The notes: generated from the letters alone by a model not told the origin. A stretch of 64,000 nt of DNA from an uncultured Actinomycetota bacterium (GCA_963711005.1 CAVQCJ010000002.1:1457269-1521268), one strand, 5' to 3'. Shown: positions 52,231 to 61,880, counted from the first letter of the stretch. Program-made: numbers and translations.

Positions 52231-54918
52231 CTAGGCGCGGGCCGGCTCGACCAGGCCCTGGCGTACGGCTTCGGCGGCCGCGGCCTTCCGCGACGGCACC
52301 GCCAGCTTCGCCAGCACGGCGGAGACGTGGTGGTCGACCGTCTTCACCGAGATGAACAGCCGACCGGCGATCTCGTCGTTGGTGTGACCTGCGCAGACCA
52401 GCTCGAGCACTTCGCGCTCGCGTCGCGTCAACCCCGCCGGGTCGGCCCGCGTCGCCGCCCGCGCACCGGCCGGGATCGACTTCACGCCGAGGTCCCGCAT
52501 CCGCTGTCGCGCGATCCGGGCCGTCGCCGTGGCGCCGAGCGCCTCCAGGCGGTCGAGCGCCTCCCGCAGGTGCGTCTCATCCGTCGAGTCGAGCAGTGCG
52601 AGCGCGGCGTCGTACGGACAGCCCAGCTCGTCCCACAGCTTCGCGGCTCCGGCGCAGTCCCCTTCGGCGCTGCTGGCGAACGGCTCGACCAGCGTCCCGC
52701 CGGGCCTCTCGCCGGTGATCCGGCGCAACCAGCACGCCGCCTGGCTGCGCGTCGTCGGGTCGCGGTGCATCGCGGCCGAGGCGGCGGTGCGGGCCTCGCG
52801 CGCTGCTGCGTCGGAGTCGCCGGCGAGCCATCGAGCCTCGGCCCGGGCGCCCGCGACCAGGGCGATCCAGTGCGGCTCGTCCAGCCCGACCGCGGCGCCC
52901 ATGGCCTCGTCCAGACACTCCCAGGCACCGCTCTCGCCCCGGCGTGCCCGCAGCCGCCCGAGCGTGGTGAGCGACTGCAGCCGGTTCACCGACGACGCGC
53001 CGGCCAGGGCCAGGACGTGCCGGCACAGGGCCTGTGCCTCGTCCCAGCGCCCGAGGCGTTCCAGGACGCCGGTGCGCTCGCCCCGCAGGCAACGCCCGTA
53101 CGTCCCGATGTCGTGGTCGTCGCAGTACGCGACCCCGTCGACGAAGTACCCCTCCCCGGCGGCGAACTGCAGGGTGGTCGCGTGCAGCTCGTAGAGGTTC
53201 ACGTACGCCCGGCTCGCCTGCAGCTCCCAGCCGCCCTCGAGCGCCATCCCGAGCGCGTGGGTGAGACTGGCCTTCCAGTCCCTGCCGTCCTCGGCGGCCG
53301 CACAGGCCTCGCTGATCTGGAGGTCGACGAGGACGTCCGGCAGGTCGAGGTCCTCGGCCAGCGCGCGGGCCTGCGCCGCCGGGCCCGGCACGTCGGACGG
53401 GCGGGACTGGTCGGCGCGGGTGCCGGCCAGGTCGGCCCACGCCCACGCGAGCTCCCGGCTCGGGCCGAGCGGCTCGAGCACGGCCAGCGCCGCCTCGACC
53501 GCGGCGTTCGACTGGGGTCCGCGCGCCAGCCGCCACAGCGCGTTGGCCTGGCGCCCGAGCGTCGCACCCAGCCGGCGCTGGTCACCGAGCTCCCGCCATC
53601 GCGAGAGCGCCGCGTCGGAGGCGTCGGCGCAGTCCTGCCACCGGTCGACCAGCGAGCACTCGTACGCCAGCCCGTCGAACAGCTCGCCCGCTGTCCGGGG
53701 GGCGGCCCGGTGGGCGAAGCGCAGGGCCCGCTGGAACTGCGCGACCGACTCGCGGTGCGCCGCCAGCTCGGAGGCGCGCCGGGCGGCGCGCGGCGCGTGC
53801 ACCAGGACCAGGTCGCCGTCGTCGGCGCTCTCGGCGTGGAAGGCCAGCCGCGCGTCGTCGTCGCACCCGGTCGCCAGCAGCGCGTCGAGGATGCTCCGGT
53901 GGATCGGCGCCCGACGGTGCGCCAGGACGGCCTGGTCGATCGCCCGCCGGGCGATCTCGTGCCTGAACCTGAGCATGTCGCCGTCGCCGACCACGATCCC
54001 GCAGGCCAGCAGCTCGTCGAACGCGTCGACCGCGCCCCCGCTGAACATCTGCAGCAGCGCGGGCTCGACCCGTGGTCCCACGAGCGCCGCGACATCGAGG
54101 ACCTGCCGGGAGTCCGCGCTCAGGCCGGCGACGCGCGCCAGCACGGCGTCGCGCGCCGACGCGGGCAGGTCGGCGTCCGTATGGTGCACGATCTCGGCGA
54201 GGAAGAACGGGTTGCCACCGGTGAGCCGGAACAGCTGCCCGGCGTCCCACGAGGTGCCGGTGACCAGCTCCTGGACGGCGTGGGCGGACAGCGGCGGCAG
54301 GTCGACCCGGCGGGTCGTCCGCTGCGTCGCGAGCTCGCCGAGCGCGATCCGCAGCCGGTCGTCGGCAGCGAGTCCGTCGTCGCGATAGGTGATGACGACC
54401 AGGACCGGGAGGTCGCGGATCCGCCGTCCGACGAAGCGGAGCAGGTCCAGGGTCGCCTCGTCGGCCCAGTGCACGTCCTCGACGGCGAGGACGGTGAGCA
54501 CGTCGGACCGGCCGAGCGCGCGCAGCAGGCCGCTGTACAGCTGCTCGCGGGGGGCGTCGGTGCGGCACAGCTCGGCCATCTCGCCGCCCATGGCGGCGGC
54601 GATGTCGAGCAGGGGTCCGAGCGGGCGAGGCGTGAACAGGCCGTCGCACGCGCCCCAGCACCACTGCGCACCGGTCAGATCACCTTCGAACTGCTCGAGC
54701 AGGCTGGACTTGCCGACTCCGGCCTCACCCGCGACGAGCACCAGCCGGCCCTGCCCCCCAGCCGCCTCCCGCGCGTACTGCGCCAGCGCGGCGAGCTGGG
54801 ACTCCCGTTCGAGCAGGGGCACCGCACGATTGTCCGCCTGCCTCCGGCGGCCGTCCAGGCGATCGGCGACATCGAGCAGGGCGATGAACCAGGAGCACGT
54901 GGGCGATCGCCGGGCCAA
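52231..54918 (-). CDS. LAL-type LuxR family transcriptional regulator (N-terminal AAA/P-loop NTPase, TPR-like middle, C-terminal LuxR helix-turn-helix)
   Basis: Walker A GEAGVGKSSLL, Walker B LTVLAVEDVHWAD, and the C-terminal LTRREREVLELVCAGHTNDEIAGRLFISVKTVDHHVSAVLAKL. The true start may lie downstream of the first ATG. Confidence 0.8.
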   Translation of the reverse strand: MARRSPTCSWFIALLDVADRLDGRRRQADNRAVPLLERESQLAALAQYAREAAGGQGRLVLVAGEAGVGKSSLLEQFEGDLTGAQWCWGACDGLFTPRPLGPLLDIAAAMGGEMAELCRTDAPREQLYSGLLRALGRSDVLTVLAVEDVHWADEATLDLLRFVGRRIRDLPVLVVITYRDDGLAADDRLRIALGELATQRTTRRVDLPPLSAHAVQELVTGTSWDAGQLFRLTGGNPFFLAEIVHHTDADLPASARDAVLARVAGLSADSRQVLDVAALVGPRVEPALLQMFSGGAVDAFDELLACGIVVGDGDMLRFRHEIARRAIDQAVLAHRRAPIHRSILDALLATGCDDDARLAFHAESADDGDLVLVHAPRAARRASELAAHRESVAQFQRALRFAHRAAPRTAGELFDGLAYECSLVDRWQDCADASDAALSRWRELGDQRRLGATLGRQANALWRLARGPQSNAAVEAALAVLEPLGPSRELAWAWADLAGTRADQSRPSDVPGPAAQARALAEDLDLPDVLVDLQISEACAAAEDGRDWKASLTHALGMALEGGWELQASRAYVNLYELHATTLQFAAGEGYFVDGVAYCDDHDIGTYGRCLRGERTGVLERLGRWDEAQALCRHVLALAGASSVNRLQSLTTLGRLRARRGESGAWECLDEAMGAAVGLDEPHWIALVAGARAEARWLAGDSDAAAREARTAASAAMHRDPTTRSQAACWLRRITGERPGGTLVEPFASSAEGDCAGAAKLWDELGCPYDAALALLDSTDETHLREALDRLEALGATATARIARQRMRDLGVKSIPAGARAATRADPAGLTRREREVLELVCAGHTNDEIAGRLFISVKTVDHHVSAVLAKLAVPSRKAAAAEAVRQGLVEPARA

Positions 54919-55031
54919 GTCGCGAAGCGTGTCGTCGGTCTTGCCGCAGTGGCCGCGCAGAGCCCGGTGGCTGTCTGACCTGCGCTCACACTTCCGCGAG
55001 GCATCTCGGGAAGTGTTTGTGCAGGTCAGGC

Positions 55032-55108
55032 CTGGCGACCCCGACGGGACTCGAACCCGCGACCTCCGCCGTGACAGGGCGGCGCGCTAACCAACTGCGC
55101 TACGGGGC
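55032..55108 (-). tRNA. tRNA-Asp (GTC), CCA encoded
   Basis: The reverse complement is GGCCCCGTAGCGCAGTTGGTTAGCGCGCCGCCCTGTCACGGCGGAGGTCGCGGGTTCGAGTCCCGTCGGGGTCGCCA. The anticodon loop is CTGTCAC. Confidence 0.9.
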
Positions 55109-55124
55109 CTGGATCTGGCTGAAC

Positions 55125-55197
55125 GTGCCCCCAACGGGATTCGAACCCGTGCTGCCGCCTTGAAAGGGCGGTGTCCTGGGCCACTAGACGATGAGGG
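55125..55197 (-). tRNA. tRNA-Glu (TTC)
   Basis: The reverse complement is GCCCTCATCGTCTAGTGGCCCAGGACACCGCCCTTTCAAGGCGGCAGCACGGGTTCGAATCCCGTTGGGGGCA. The anticodon loop is CTTTCAA; CCA is not encoded. Confidence 0.9.
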
Positions 55198-55283
55198 CCA
55201 GTAGTTCCCGTCGGAGACCGGCAAAGCATAGGGGACGGCCTCGGAATCCTCCAAAGTGGTACGAACGGGGGTGAGCCCACCTC

Positions 55284-55655
55284 GTGGGCGAGCCCGGAGG
55301 GAGTCGCGTGGACGTCGACGACGACCGCTTCGACGAGCTCGTCGGGCTGGCGCTGGACACGATCCCGGCCCGGTTGGCGCGCGCGATGCGCAACGTCGTC
55401 GTGCTGGTCGAGCCGGAGTCCCCGGCCGACGGACCCGAGCTGCTCGGGCTCTACGAGGGCATCCCGCTGACCTCGCGCGACACCGGGTACGCCGGCGTCC
55501 TGCCGGACCGGATCACGATCTTCCGCGGCCCCATCCTGCGCCGCTGCTCGACGTACGACCAGGTCGTCGAGGAGGTCCGGGTGACGGTCGTGCACGAGGT
55601 CGCTCATCACTTCGGGATCGACGACGACGAGCTGCACGACCTCGGCTACGGCTGA
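55284..55655 (+). CDS. Zincin-like metallopeptidase family protein (DUF1025-type)
   Basis: 123 aa with an HEVAHH (HExxH) motif and the conserved pattern IPARLARAMRNVVVLVEPE...ITIFRGPI. Confidence 0.65.
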   Translation: MGEPGGSRVDVDDDRFDELVGLALDTIPARLARAMRNVVVLVEPESPADGPELLGLYEGIPLTSRDTGYAGVLPDRITIFRGPILRRCSTYDQVVEEVRVTVVHEVAHHFGIDDDELHDLGYG

Positions 55656-55684
55656 CGGCTGCGGCGGACGCTGCGGCCCGGCGC

Positions 55685-57646
55685 TCAGTCCGGGAGCGCG
55701 ACGCCGCCCAGGTCGACCAGGTCGCTCAGCAGCTCCAGCGGCGTCGGCATCCCCACAAGCGCGCCCTGCACGGCGTCGCACCCCAGCGCTCGCAGCAGCC
55801 GCAGCTGGTCCAGCGTCTCGACGCCCTCGGCGACGGTCGTGCGACCGGTCGCGTGGCAGGCGTCCAGCACGGCCTTGACGATCGCCGCGTCGGCCGCGTC
55901 GTCGCAGACCGTCGCGATGAAAGTCCGGTCGATCTTGACCGACCGGATCGGCAGCCGCTTGAGGTAAGCGAGGGACGAGTAGCCGGTGCCGAAGTCGTCG
56001 ACGGCGAACGCGACCCCGGCCTCCTCCAGTCGTCCGACGCACGGCATGATCGCGTCGATCTCGGCCAGCTGGTCCTCGAGGATCTCCAGCGTCAGCTGCT
56101 GGGGCGGGACCTCGTGCAGCGCGAGCAGCGCGAGCACCTCGTCCGCGAAGCCGGGGTCGCTGAGCCGGTCGACGGCGACGTTCACGTGCACCCCGGGTCC
56201 CAGCGGCCCCCAACCGCCCGCGTCGGTGAGCGCCTGGTGCAAGACCCAGCTGGTGACCGGCGCCGACAGCGCGGACTCGCTCACCACCGGCAAGAAGTCC
56301 TCGGGCAGCAGCAGCCCGCGCTCGGGGTGCCGCCAGCGCAGGAGCGCCTCCATCGCGACCAGCGTGCCGTCCATGCGGACGATGGGCTGGTAGTGCAGGA
56401 CCAGCTCGCGCCGGTCCAGTGCCAGGCGGGCCTCGGACTCCAGGGACAGCCGCTCCTGGCTGCCGGTGTCGACCGGCGCGCTGGCGATGACGAAGCGGCC
56501 CCGTCCGGCCTGCTTGGCCTGGTACATGGCCGCGTCGGCGGCGCGCAGCAGGTCCACCGGCCGGTCCTGCGCCGACGCCGGGGTGACCAGCCCGATGCTG
56601 GCGGTGACGACCACCGACTCGGAGCCGACCGCGACCGGGATCCGTACCGCCTCGAGCATCCGCGCGGCGAGCGACTCCAGCTCCGGCAGCCCGGCCGCGC
56701 GCTCCACCACCACGACGAACTCGTCGCCGCCGAGCCTGGCCACGGTGTCGGTCTCGCGCACGACCGACTGCAGGTTCTTCGCCGCGGCCATCAGCAGCTC
56801 GTCGCCGGCCTCGTGGCCGAGCGCGTCGTTGACGCGCTTGACGTGGTCGAGGTCGACGAACAGGACAGCGACGTCGCGGCCGTCCCGGCGGGACCTGGCC
56901 AGGGCCTGCTCGAGCCGGTCCAGCAGCAGCCGCCGGTTGGGCAGCCCGGTCAGCGGGTCGTGCAGCGCGAGCGCGACCAGCTGGTCCTCCGCGGCCCGGC
57001 GGGCGGTGATGTCCTCGACGACGCTGACCGAGAAGGCCGTGCCCTCCTCCTCGTACCGTCGGGTGTTGACCAGGACCCAGACGACGGTGCCGTCGCCGCG
57101 GACCAGGCGCCGCTCCGACCGGGCCCGCGACTCGCGCTGCCCGACCGCCCGCCGGCGGGTGTCCTGGGCCGCCTCGACCTCGTCGGGGTGGACGAGGCCC
57201 GTGAACGGGGTGCCGATCAGCTCCTCGCGCGGGAGGCCGAGGAGGTTGCACAGGGCGTCGTTGACCTCGACGAAGAAGCCCTCGTCGGTCAGCAGCGCGA
57301 CGCCCACCGGGAACGTTCGGAAGATCTCGGCGAACCTGGCCTCGTCCGGGTGCACCCGGGTCTCCCGGAAGACGCCCACGACCAGCGACCGGCCCTGGAC
57401 GGTGACCTGCTGGGCCTGCGAGGTCAGCTCCGCTCCGCTGACCGAGCGGAACACCTGCCGGCCGGCCCGGCCGGCCCTGGCCATCCGGCGCCAGTCCCGG
57501 TCGACCGTCTCCCGGTCGCGGGGGTGGACGGCGTCCAGCTGCTCGGCGTAGGTGGTCGCGGTCTCGCGGATGCCGAACAGGCCGACCACGGACCCCGACC
57601 ACGTCACCGCGTCGGTCTCCGGGTCCCACGTCCAGAGGCCGCTCAT
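55685..57646 (-). CDS. PAS/PAC-GGDEF-EAL signalling protein (diguanylate cyclase/phosphodiesterase)
   Basis: Two PAS-like N-terminal modules, an intact GGDEF motif (ARLGGDEFVVVV) and an EAL domain (EALLRW...DDFGTGYSSL...KIDRTF). Confidence 0.85.
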   Translation of the reverse strand: MSGLWTWDPETDAVTWSGSVVGLFGIRETATTYAEQLDAVHPRDRETVDRDWRRMARAGRAGRQVFRSVSGAELTSQAQQVTVQGRSLVVGVFRETRVHPDEARFAEIFRTFPVGVALLTDEGFFVEVNDALCNLLGLPREELIGTPFTGLVHPDEVEAAQDTRRRAVGQRESRARSERRLVRGDGTVVWVLVNTRRYEEEGTAFSVSVVEDITARRAAEDQLVALALHDPLTGLPNRRLLLDRLEQALARSRRDGRDVAVLFVDLDHVKRVNDALGHEAGDELLMAAAKNLQSVVRETDTVARLGGDEFVVVVERAAGLPELESLAARMLEAVRIPVAVGSESVVVTASIGLVTPASAQDRPVDLLRAADAAMYQAKQAGRGRFVIASAPVDTGSQERLSLESEARLALDRRELVLHYQPIVRMDGTLVAMEALLRWRHPERGLLLPEDFLPVVSESALSAPVTSWVLHQALTDAGGWGPLGPGVHVNVAVDRLSDPGFADEVLALLALHEVPPQQLTLEILEDQLAEIDAIMPCVGRLEEAGVAFAVDDFGTGYSSLAYLKRLPIRSVKIDRTFIATVCDDAADAAIVKAVLDACHATGRTTVAEGVETLDQLRLLRALGCDAVQGALVGMPTPLELLSDLVDLGGVALPD

Positions 57647-57731
57647 ACTCTCAGCATCGGCCTGACGACAGAGCGTGGCAATCGGCCGTCCGTGAGCGTC
57701 CCGCCATCGGCCGACCGGGTGATCATGGGCC

Positions 57732-58514
57732 TCAGGGCAGCCAGGCGAACCGGCCGTGCAGGTACACCCAACCCACGAACGCCACTGCGTCGATCAGGAA
57801 GTGCGCGACGATCAGCGGCGCCGTGCGGCCTTTGAGCTGGTAGACCCGCCCGAACAGCAGACCCATGAGGGCGTTGCCGAAGAAGGCCGGAACCCCCTGG
57901 TAGAGGTGGTACGAGCCGCGCAGCACCGCGCTGGTCGCCAGCGCCGGCCACGGCCGCCAGCCGAGCTGGTCCAGGCGGTGCAGCAGGTAGCCGACGACCA
58001 GCGTCTCCTCGAGGATCGCGTTCTCCAGCGCAGACAGCAGCAGGACCGGCAGCCGCCACCACACCGCCGGCAGCGAGCTGAGGACGAGCTGGGCGCTGAA
58101 CCCCAGCGCGCTGGCGGTCACCACCAGCGCCAGGCCGGTCCCGCCGACGACCAGGGCCAGCAGGGCGCCCAGCCCGAGGTCGAACCGCTTGTGGCGCAGG
58201 TCGATGCCCAGCACCCGTCCGGGCCGCTCGCCACCGATCAGCAGGAAGTGGCACGCGAGCAGGACCGGGACCAGGGCGAAGCCGATCCCGAGCAGCTGGT
58301 AGACGAGGTCGAGGGTCGGCCGGCCGGGCGCGTGCGAGTTGTTGAGGGACGCGGTCGCGCTGGAGACCGGCTGCCCGGAGGTGAGGATCCCCAGCAGCCG
58401 GACGACGGCGTACACGCCGGACTGGCCGAGCGAGAGCGCGAAGACGAGCAGCACCTCGCGGCGCAGGGTGCGCCGGTCGAAGCGGGTCGGGCTCGCGGTG
58501 TCCTCGGCGACCAC
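57732..58514 (-). CDS. CPBP (CAAX protease / Abi) family intramembrane metalloprotease
   Basis: Polytopic membrane protein with the EE..xxxR motif (ALENAILEETLVVGYLLHRL) and the conserved His pair (AHFLIDA). Confidence 0.7.
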   Translation of the reverse strand: MVAEDTASPTRFDRRTLRREVLLVFALSLGQSGVYAVVRLLGILTSGQPVSSATASLNNSHAPGRPTLDLVYQLLGIGFALVPVLLACHFLLIGGERPGRVLGIDLRHKRFDLGLGALLALVVGGTGLALVVTASALGFSAQLVLSSLPAVWWRLPVLLLSALENAILEETLVVGYLLHRLDQLGWRPWPALATSAVLRGSYHLYQGVPAFFGNALMGLLFGRVYQLKGRTAPLIVAHFLIDAVAFVGWVYLHGRFAWLP

Positions 58515-58578
58515 GGCGCGACGCTACCCGGCCCCGCCGGTTCTCGGGTGAGAGCTGCGGGGGCCTAGGGTCGCGGGC

Positions 58579-59403
58579 GTGCAGCTGACCGTCGGCCCGC
58601 TGGTCTTCGACGCGCTCGCCTGGGGTCCCGGCGACGGCGACCCGGTCCTGCTGCTGCACGGCTTCCCCGAGGGCGCCCGCTGCTGGGACGGGGTCGGCGA
58701 CCTGCTCGGGACGGCCGGCCTGCACGCCGTGGCCCCGGACCTGCGCGGCTACAGCCCCGGGGCGCGCCCGCCGGAGGTGGACGCATACGCGCTCGACCGG
58801 CTCGTCGAGGACGCCGCCGGGTTCCTGACGGCGCTGGGCTGGCGGTCCGCCCACGTGGTCGCGCACGACTGGGGCGCCGTGATCGCCTGGACGCTGGCCG
58901 CACGGCACCCCGAGCTCGTCCGCACCCTCACGGCGGACTCCGTCCCGCACCCGGCCGCGTTCGGCGCGGCGCGCGAGGACCCGGACCAGCGGCAGCGGTC
59001 GGCGTACATCGGCCTGTTCCGCACCGAGGGCAAGGCCGAGGCGGTGCTGTCCGCGCAGGACGGCGCCCGGCTGCGCGCGGTCTTCGACGGCTCCGGGCTG
59101 ACGGCGGCCGAGGTGGCCGCGTTCGTCGACCGGCTGCTCGAGCCGGGCGCGCTCACGGCGGCACTCAGCTGGTACCGCGCGATGCGGCCGGCGGACTTCG
59201 CGACGATCCCCGCGGTCCGGGTCCCCACGACGTACGTGTGGGGAGTCGAGGACATCGCGGTCGGCCGGGTGGCCGCGCAGGCGTGCGCCGGGTACGTGAC
59301 CGGGCCGTACCGGTTCGTCCCGATGGACGGCGTCGGCCACTGGGTGCCCGAGCAGTGCCCGGACGTGCTGGCCTCGCTGGTCCTCGAACAGATGGCGCTC
59401 TAG
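58579..59403 (+). CDS. Alpha/beta hydrolase
   Basis: HGFPEG...VVAHDWGAVIA (GxSxG-like nucleophile elbow with Asp; a non-heme haloperoxidase/epoxide-hydrolase-like fold) and a C-terminal catalytic GVGHWVPEQ. GTG start. Confidence 0.75.
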   Translation: MQLTVGPLVFDALAWGPGDGDPVLLLHGFPEGARCWDGVGDLLGTAGLHAVAPDLRGYSPGARPPEVDAYALDRLVEDAAGFLTALGWRSAHVVAHDWGAVIAWTLAARHPELVRTLTADSVPHPAAFGAAREDPDQRQRSAYIGLFRTEGKAEAVLSAQDGARLRAVFDGSGLTAAEVAAFVDRLLEPGALTAALSWYRAMRPADFATIPAVRVPTTYVWGVEDIAVGRVAAQACAGYVTGPYRFVPMDGVGHWVPEQCPDVLASLVLEQMAL

Positions 59404-59405
59404 CC

Positions 59406-59457
59406 CGTCGTTGCATACGGATCGGGGGTCCCGACCCCCGATCCGTATGCAACGACG
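59406..59457. terminator. Bidirectional terminator-like perfect palindrome (25-bp arms CGTCGTTGCATACGGATCGGGGGTC / GACCCCCGATCCGTATGCAACGACG) between convergent genes
   Basis: Read directly from the sequence. It sits 2 nt after the hydrolase stop and 4 nt before the glgA-like stop. It is GC-rich with no U-tract. Confidence 0.6.
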
Positions 59458-59461
59458 ACGG

Positions 59462-60631
59462 TTACTCGCGGGCTGCGATTGCCGCGCGGTACACCGCCAC
59501 CGTCTGCTGCGCGATCATCCGCCAGGAGAACTCGCGCTCGGCCCGCAGCCGGCCGGCGGCACCCATCTCGCGCGCCCGCTTGGGGTTCGCCACCAGGGTG
59601 TTCACCGCGGCGGCGATCTCCGCCTCGAAGGTCGCCGGGTCGTCCGCGTCGTAGTGCACGAGCAGCCCCGTCTCCCGGTCGACGACGACCTCCGGGATGC
59701 CGCCGACGTCGGAGGCGACGACCGCCGCCCCGCACGCCATCGCCTCGAGGTTGACGATGCCGAGCGGCTCGTACACCGACGGGCAGACGAACACCGTCGC
59801 GTGCGTGAGCAGCTGGACCAGGTCCGGCCGCGGCAGCATCTCCTCGACCCAGACGACGCCGTCCCTGGTGGCCCGCAGCGTCTCGACCGCGGCCCTGGTC
59901 TCGGCGCCGATCTCGGGGGTGTCCGGGGATCCGGCGCACAGCACGACCTGCACGTTGCGGTCGAAGGCGTGCGCGGCGGCGAGCAGGTGCCCGACTCCCT
60001 TCTGCCGCGTGATCCGCCCGACGAACAGGGCGTACGGACGGTCCGGGTCGACACCCACCCGGCGCACGGCGTCGGTGCCGCCGTCGGCCCGGTACAGCTC
60101 GGTGTCGATGCCGTTGCGCACGACGTGCACGCGGTCGGGGTCCAGGAACGGGTAGCAGTCCAGGACGTCGGTGCGCATGCCGTCGCTGACCGCGATCACC
60201 GCGTCGGCCTCGGCGTACGCGGCCCGCTCGATCCAGGACGAGACGCGGTAGCCGCCGCCGAGCTGTTCCAGCTTCCACGGGCGGCGCGGCTCGAGCGAGT
60301 GCGCGGTGACCACGTGCGGGACGCCGTGCAGCAGCCCGGCGAGGTGCCCGCCGAGGTTGGCGTACCACGTGTGCGAGTGAACGACGTCGGCCTCCTCGAC
60401 TGCGGCCGAGGCCGCCATCTCCAGGTCGACGCCCAGGGTCTGGAGGGCGAAGTTCGCGCCGTCCAGCTCGGCCGGCGGCCGGAACGCGGCGGCCCCGTCG
60501 CGGTCGGCGCCGAAGCAGGCGACCTGGACGTCGACCAGCGCGCGCAGCTCCCGGACGAGGAAGTCCACGTGGACCCCGGCGCCGCCGTAGACCTCCGGCG
60601 GGAACTCCCTGGTCAGCAGCGCAACTCTCAC
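59462..60631 (-). CDS. glgA: GT4 glycosyltransferase, glycogen synthase-like (GlgA / GlgM-type ADP-glucose-dependent glucosyltransferase)
   Basis: N-terminus MRVALLTREFPPEVYGGAGVHV, typical of actinobacterial GlgA/GlgM, plus the GT4 EX7E region (VFVCPSVYEPLGIVNLEAMACGAAVV). GTG start, divergent from glgC. Confidence 0.8.
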   Translation of the reverse strand: MRVALLTREFPPEVYGGAGVHVDFLVRELRALVDVQVACFGADRDGAAAFRPPAELDGANFALQTLGVDLEMAASAAVEEADVVHSHTWYANLGGHLAGLLHGVPHVVTAHSLEPRRPWKLEQLGGGYRVSSWIERAAYAEADAVIAVSDGMRTDVLDCYPFLDPDRVHVVRNGIDTELYRADGGTDAVRRVGVDPDRPYALFVGRITRQKGVGHLLAAAHAFDRNVQVVLCAGSPDTPEIGAETRAAVETLRATRDGVVWVEEMLPRPDLVQLLTHATVFVCPSVYEPLGIVNLEAMACGAAVVASDVGGIPEVVVDRETGLLVHYDADDPATFEAEIAAAVNTLVANPKRAREMGAAGRLRAEREFSWRMIAQQTVAVYRAAIAARE

Positions 60632-60635
60632 GGGA

Positions 60636-60649
60636 TCACCCTAGGGTGA
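60636..60649. promoter_or_regulatory. Perfect 14-bp palindrome TCACCCTAGGGTGA filling the 22-nt divergent glgA/glgC intergenic region; mirrored TAGGGT -10-like hexamers positioned for leaderless transcripts on both strands
   Basis: Read directly from the sequence. On each strand, TAGGGT (the TANNNT class) lies 6 nt upstream of the respective start codon (GTG 60631 on the minus strand, ATG 60654 on the plus strand). Confidence 0.5.
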
Positions 60650-60653
60650 CCCC

Positions 60654-61880
60654 ATGCGGAGCCGCAGGCATGTGCTGGGGATCGTGCTGGCCGGGGGCGA
60701 GGGCAAGCGGCTGATGCCGCTCACCGCCGACCGGGCCAAGCCCGCGGTCCCCTTCGGCGGCCAGTACCGGCTGGTCGACTTCGTCCTGTCCAACATGGTC
60801 AACGCCGACTACCGGCAGATCTGCGTGCTGACGCAGTACAAGTCGCACTCCCTGGACCGGCACATCACCACCACCTGGCGGATGTCCACCCTGCTGGGCA
60901 GCTACGTCACGCCGGTGCCGGCCCAGCAGCGGCTCGGTCCGCGCTGGTACACCGGCAGCGCCGACGCGATCTTCCAGAGCCTGAACCTCGTCTACGACGA
61001 GATGCCCGAGTACGTCGCGGTGTTCGGCGCCGACCACGTCTACCGGATGGACCCCTCGCAGATGGTCGAGGCGCACGTGGAGTCCGGAGCCGGCGTCACC
61101 GTCGCCGGGATCCGGGTCCCGAAGTCGCAGGCGAGCGGCTTCGGCATCATCGAGACCAAGCCCAACGGCCTGGACATCGAGGCGTTCCACGAGAAGCCCA
61201 CGCACCCGCCGACGCTGCCCGACGACCCGGACACCTGCTACGCGTCGATGGGCAACTACGTGTTCTCCACCGACGTGCTCGTCGAGGCGCTCAAGGTCGA
61301 CGCCGGCGACGAGGGCTCGGTGCACGACATGGGCGGCAACATCATCCCGATGATGACGAAGCTCGGTGCCGCCAAGGTCTACGACTTCGACCTGAACGAG
61401 GTGCCCGGTGCGACCGAGCGCGACCGGGGCTACTGGCGCGACGTCGGGACGCTCGACTCGTACCACGACGCGCACATGGACCTGGTGTCGGTGCACCCGA
61501 TCTTCAACCTCTACAACCGGCAGTGGCCGATCCTCACCCAGTACGCGCCGCTGCCGCCGGCCAAGTTCGTCGAGGGCGGCGAGGCGCACGAGTCGATCGT
61601 CGGGCTTGGCACGATCATCTCCGGCGGGCTCGTCGACCACTCGGTCGTCTCTGGCGACGTACGCATCGGGCACGGCGCGCACGTCAGCTCGTCGGTGCTG
61701 CTGCCCGGGGTGGTGGTCGGCCGCGACGCGATCGTGCGGCGGGCGATCCTCGACAAGAACGTGATCGTGCCGGACGGCGCGACGATCGGGGTCGACAACG
61801 CGCGCGACGCCGAGCACTACACGGTCTCGGACAGCGGCGTCGTCGTCCTCGGGAAGAACGCCCGCGCCGTCGTCTGGTGA
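60654..61880 (+). CDS. glgC: Glucose-1-phosphate adenylyltransferase
   Basis: Motifs [20 protein letters not shown] and FGADHVY, with a C-terminal left-handed beta-helix. Confidence 0.9.
   Translation: MRSRRHVLGIVLAGGEGKRLMPLTADRAKPAVPFGGQYRLVDFVLSNMVNADYRQICVLTQYKSHSLDRHITTTWRMSTLLGSYVTPVPAQQRLGPRWYTGSADAIFQSLNLVYDEMPEYVAVFGADHVYRMDPSQMVEAHVESGAGVTVAGIRVPKSQASGFGIIETKPNGLDIEAFHEKPTHPPTLPDDPDTCYASMGNYVFSTDVLVEALKVDAGDEGSVHDMGGNIIPMMTKLGAAKVYDFDLNEVPGATERDRGYWRDVGTLDSYHDAHMDLVSVHPIFNLYNRQWPILTQYAPLPPAKFVEGGEAHESIVGLGTIISGGLVDHSVVSGDVRIGHGAHVSSSVLLPGVVVGRDAIVRRAILDKNVIVPDGATIGVDNARDAEHYTVSDSGVVVLGKNARAVVW

Noticed and set aside
50800-55200. tRNA-flanked segment considered as an integrative mobile element or genomic island
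   Set aside because: There is no integrase, recombinase or excisionase, and no direct repeat of a tRNA 3' end was found. It is kept only as a possible insertion (see findings).
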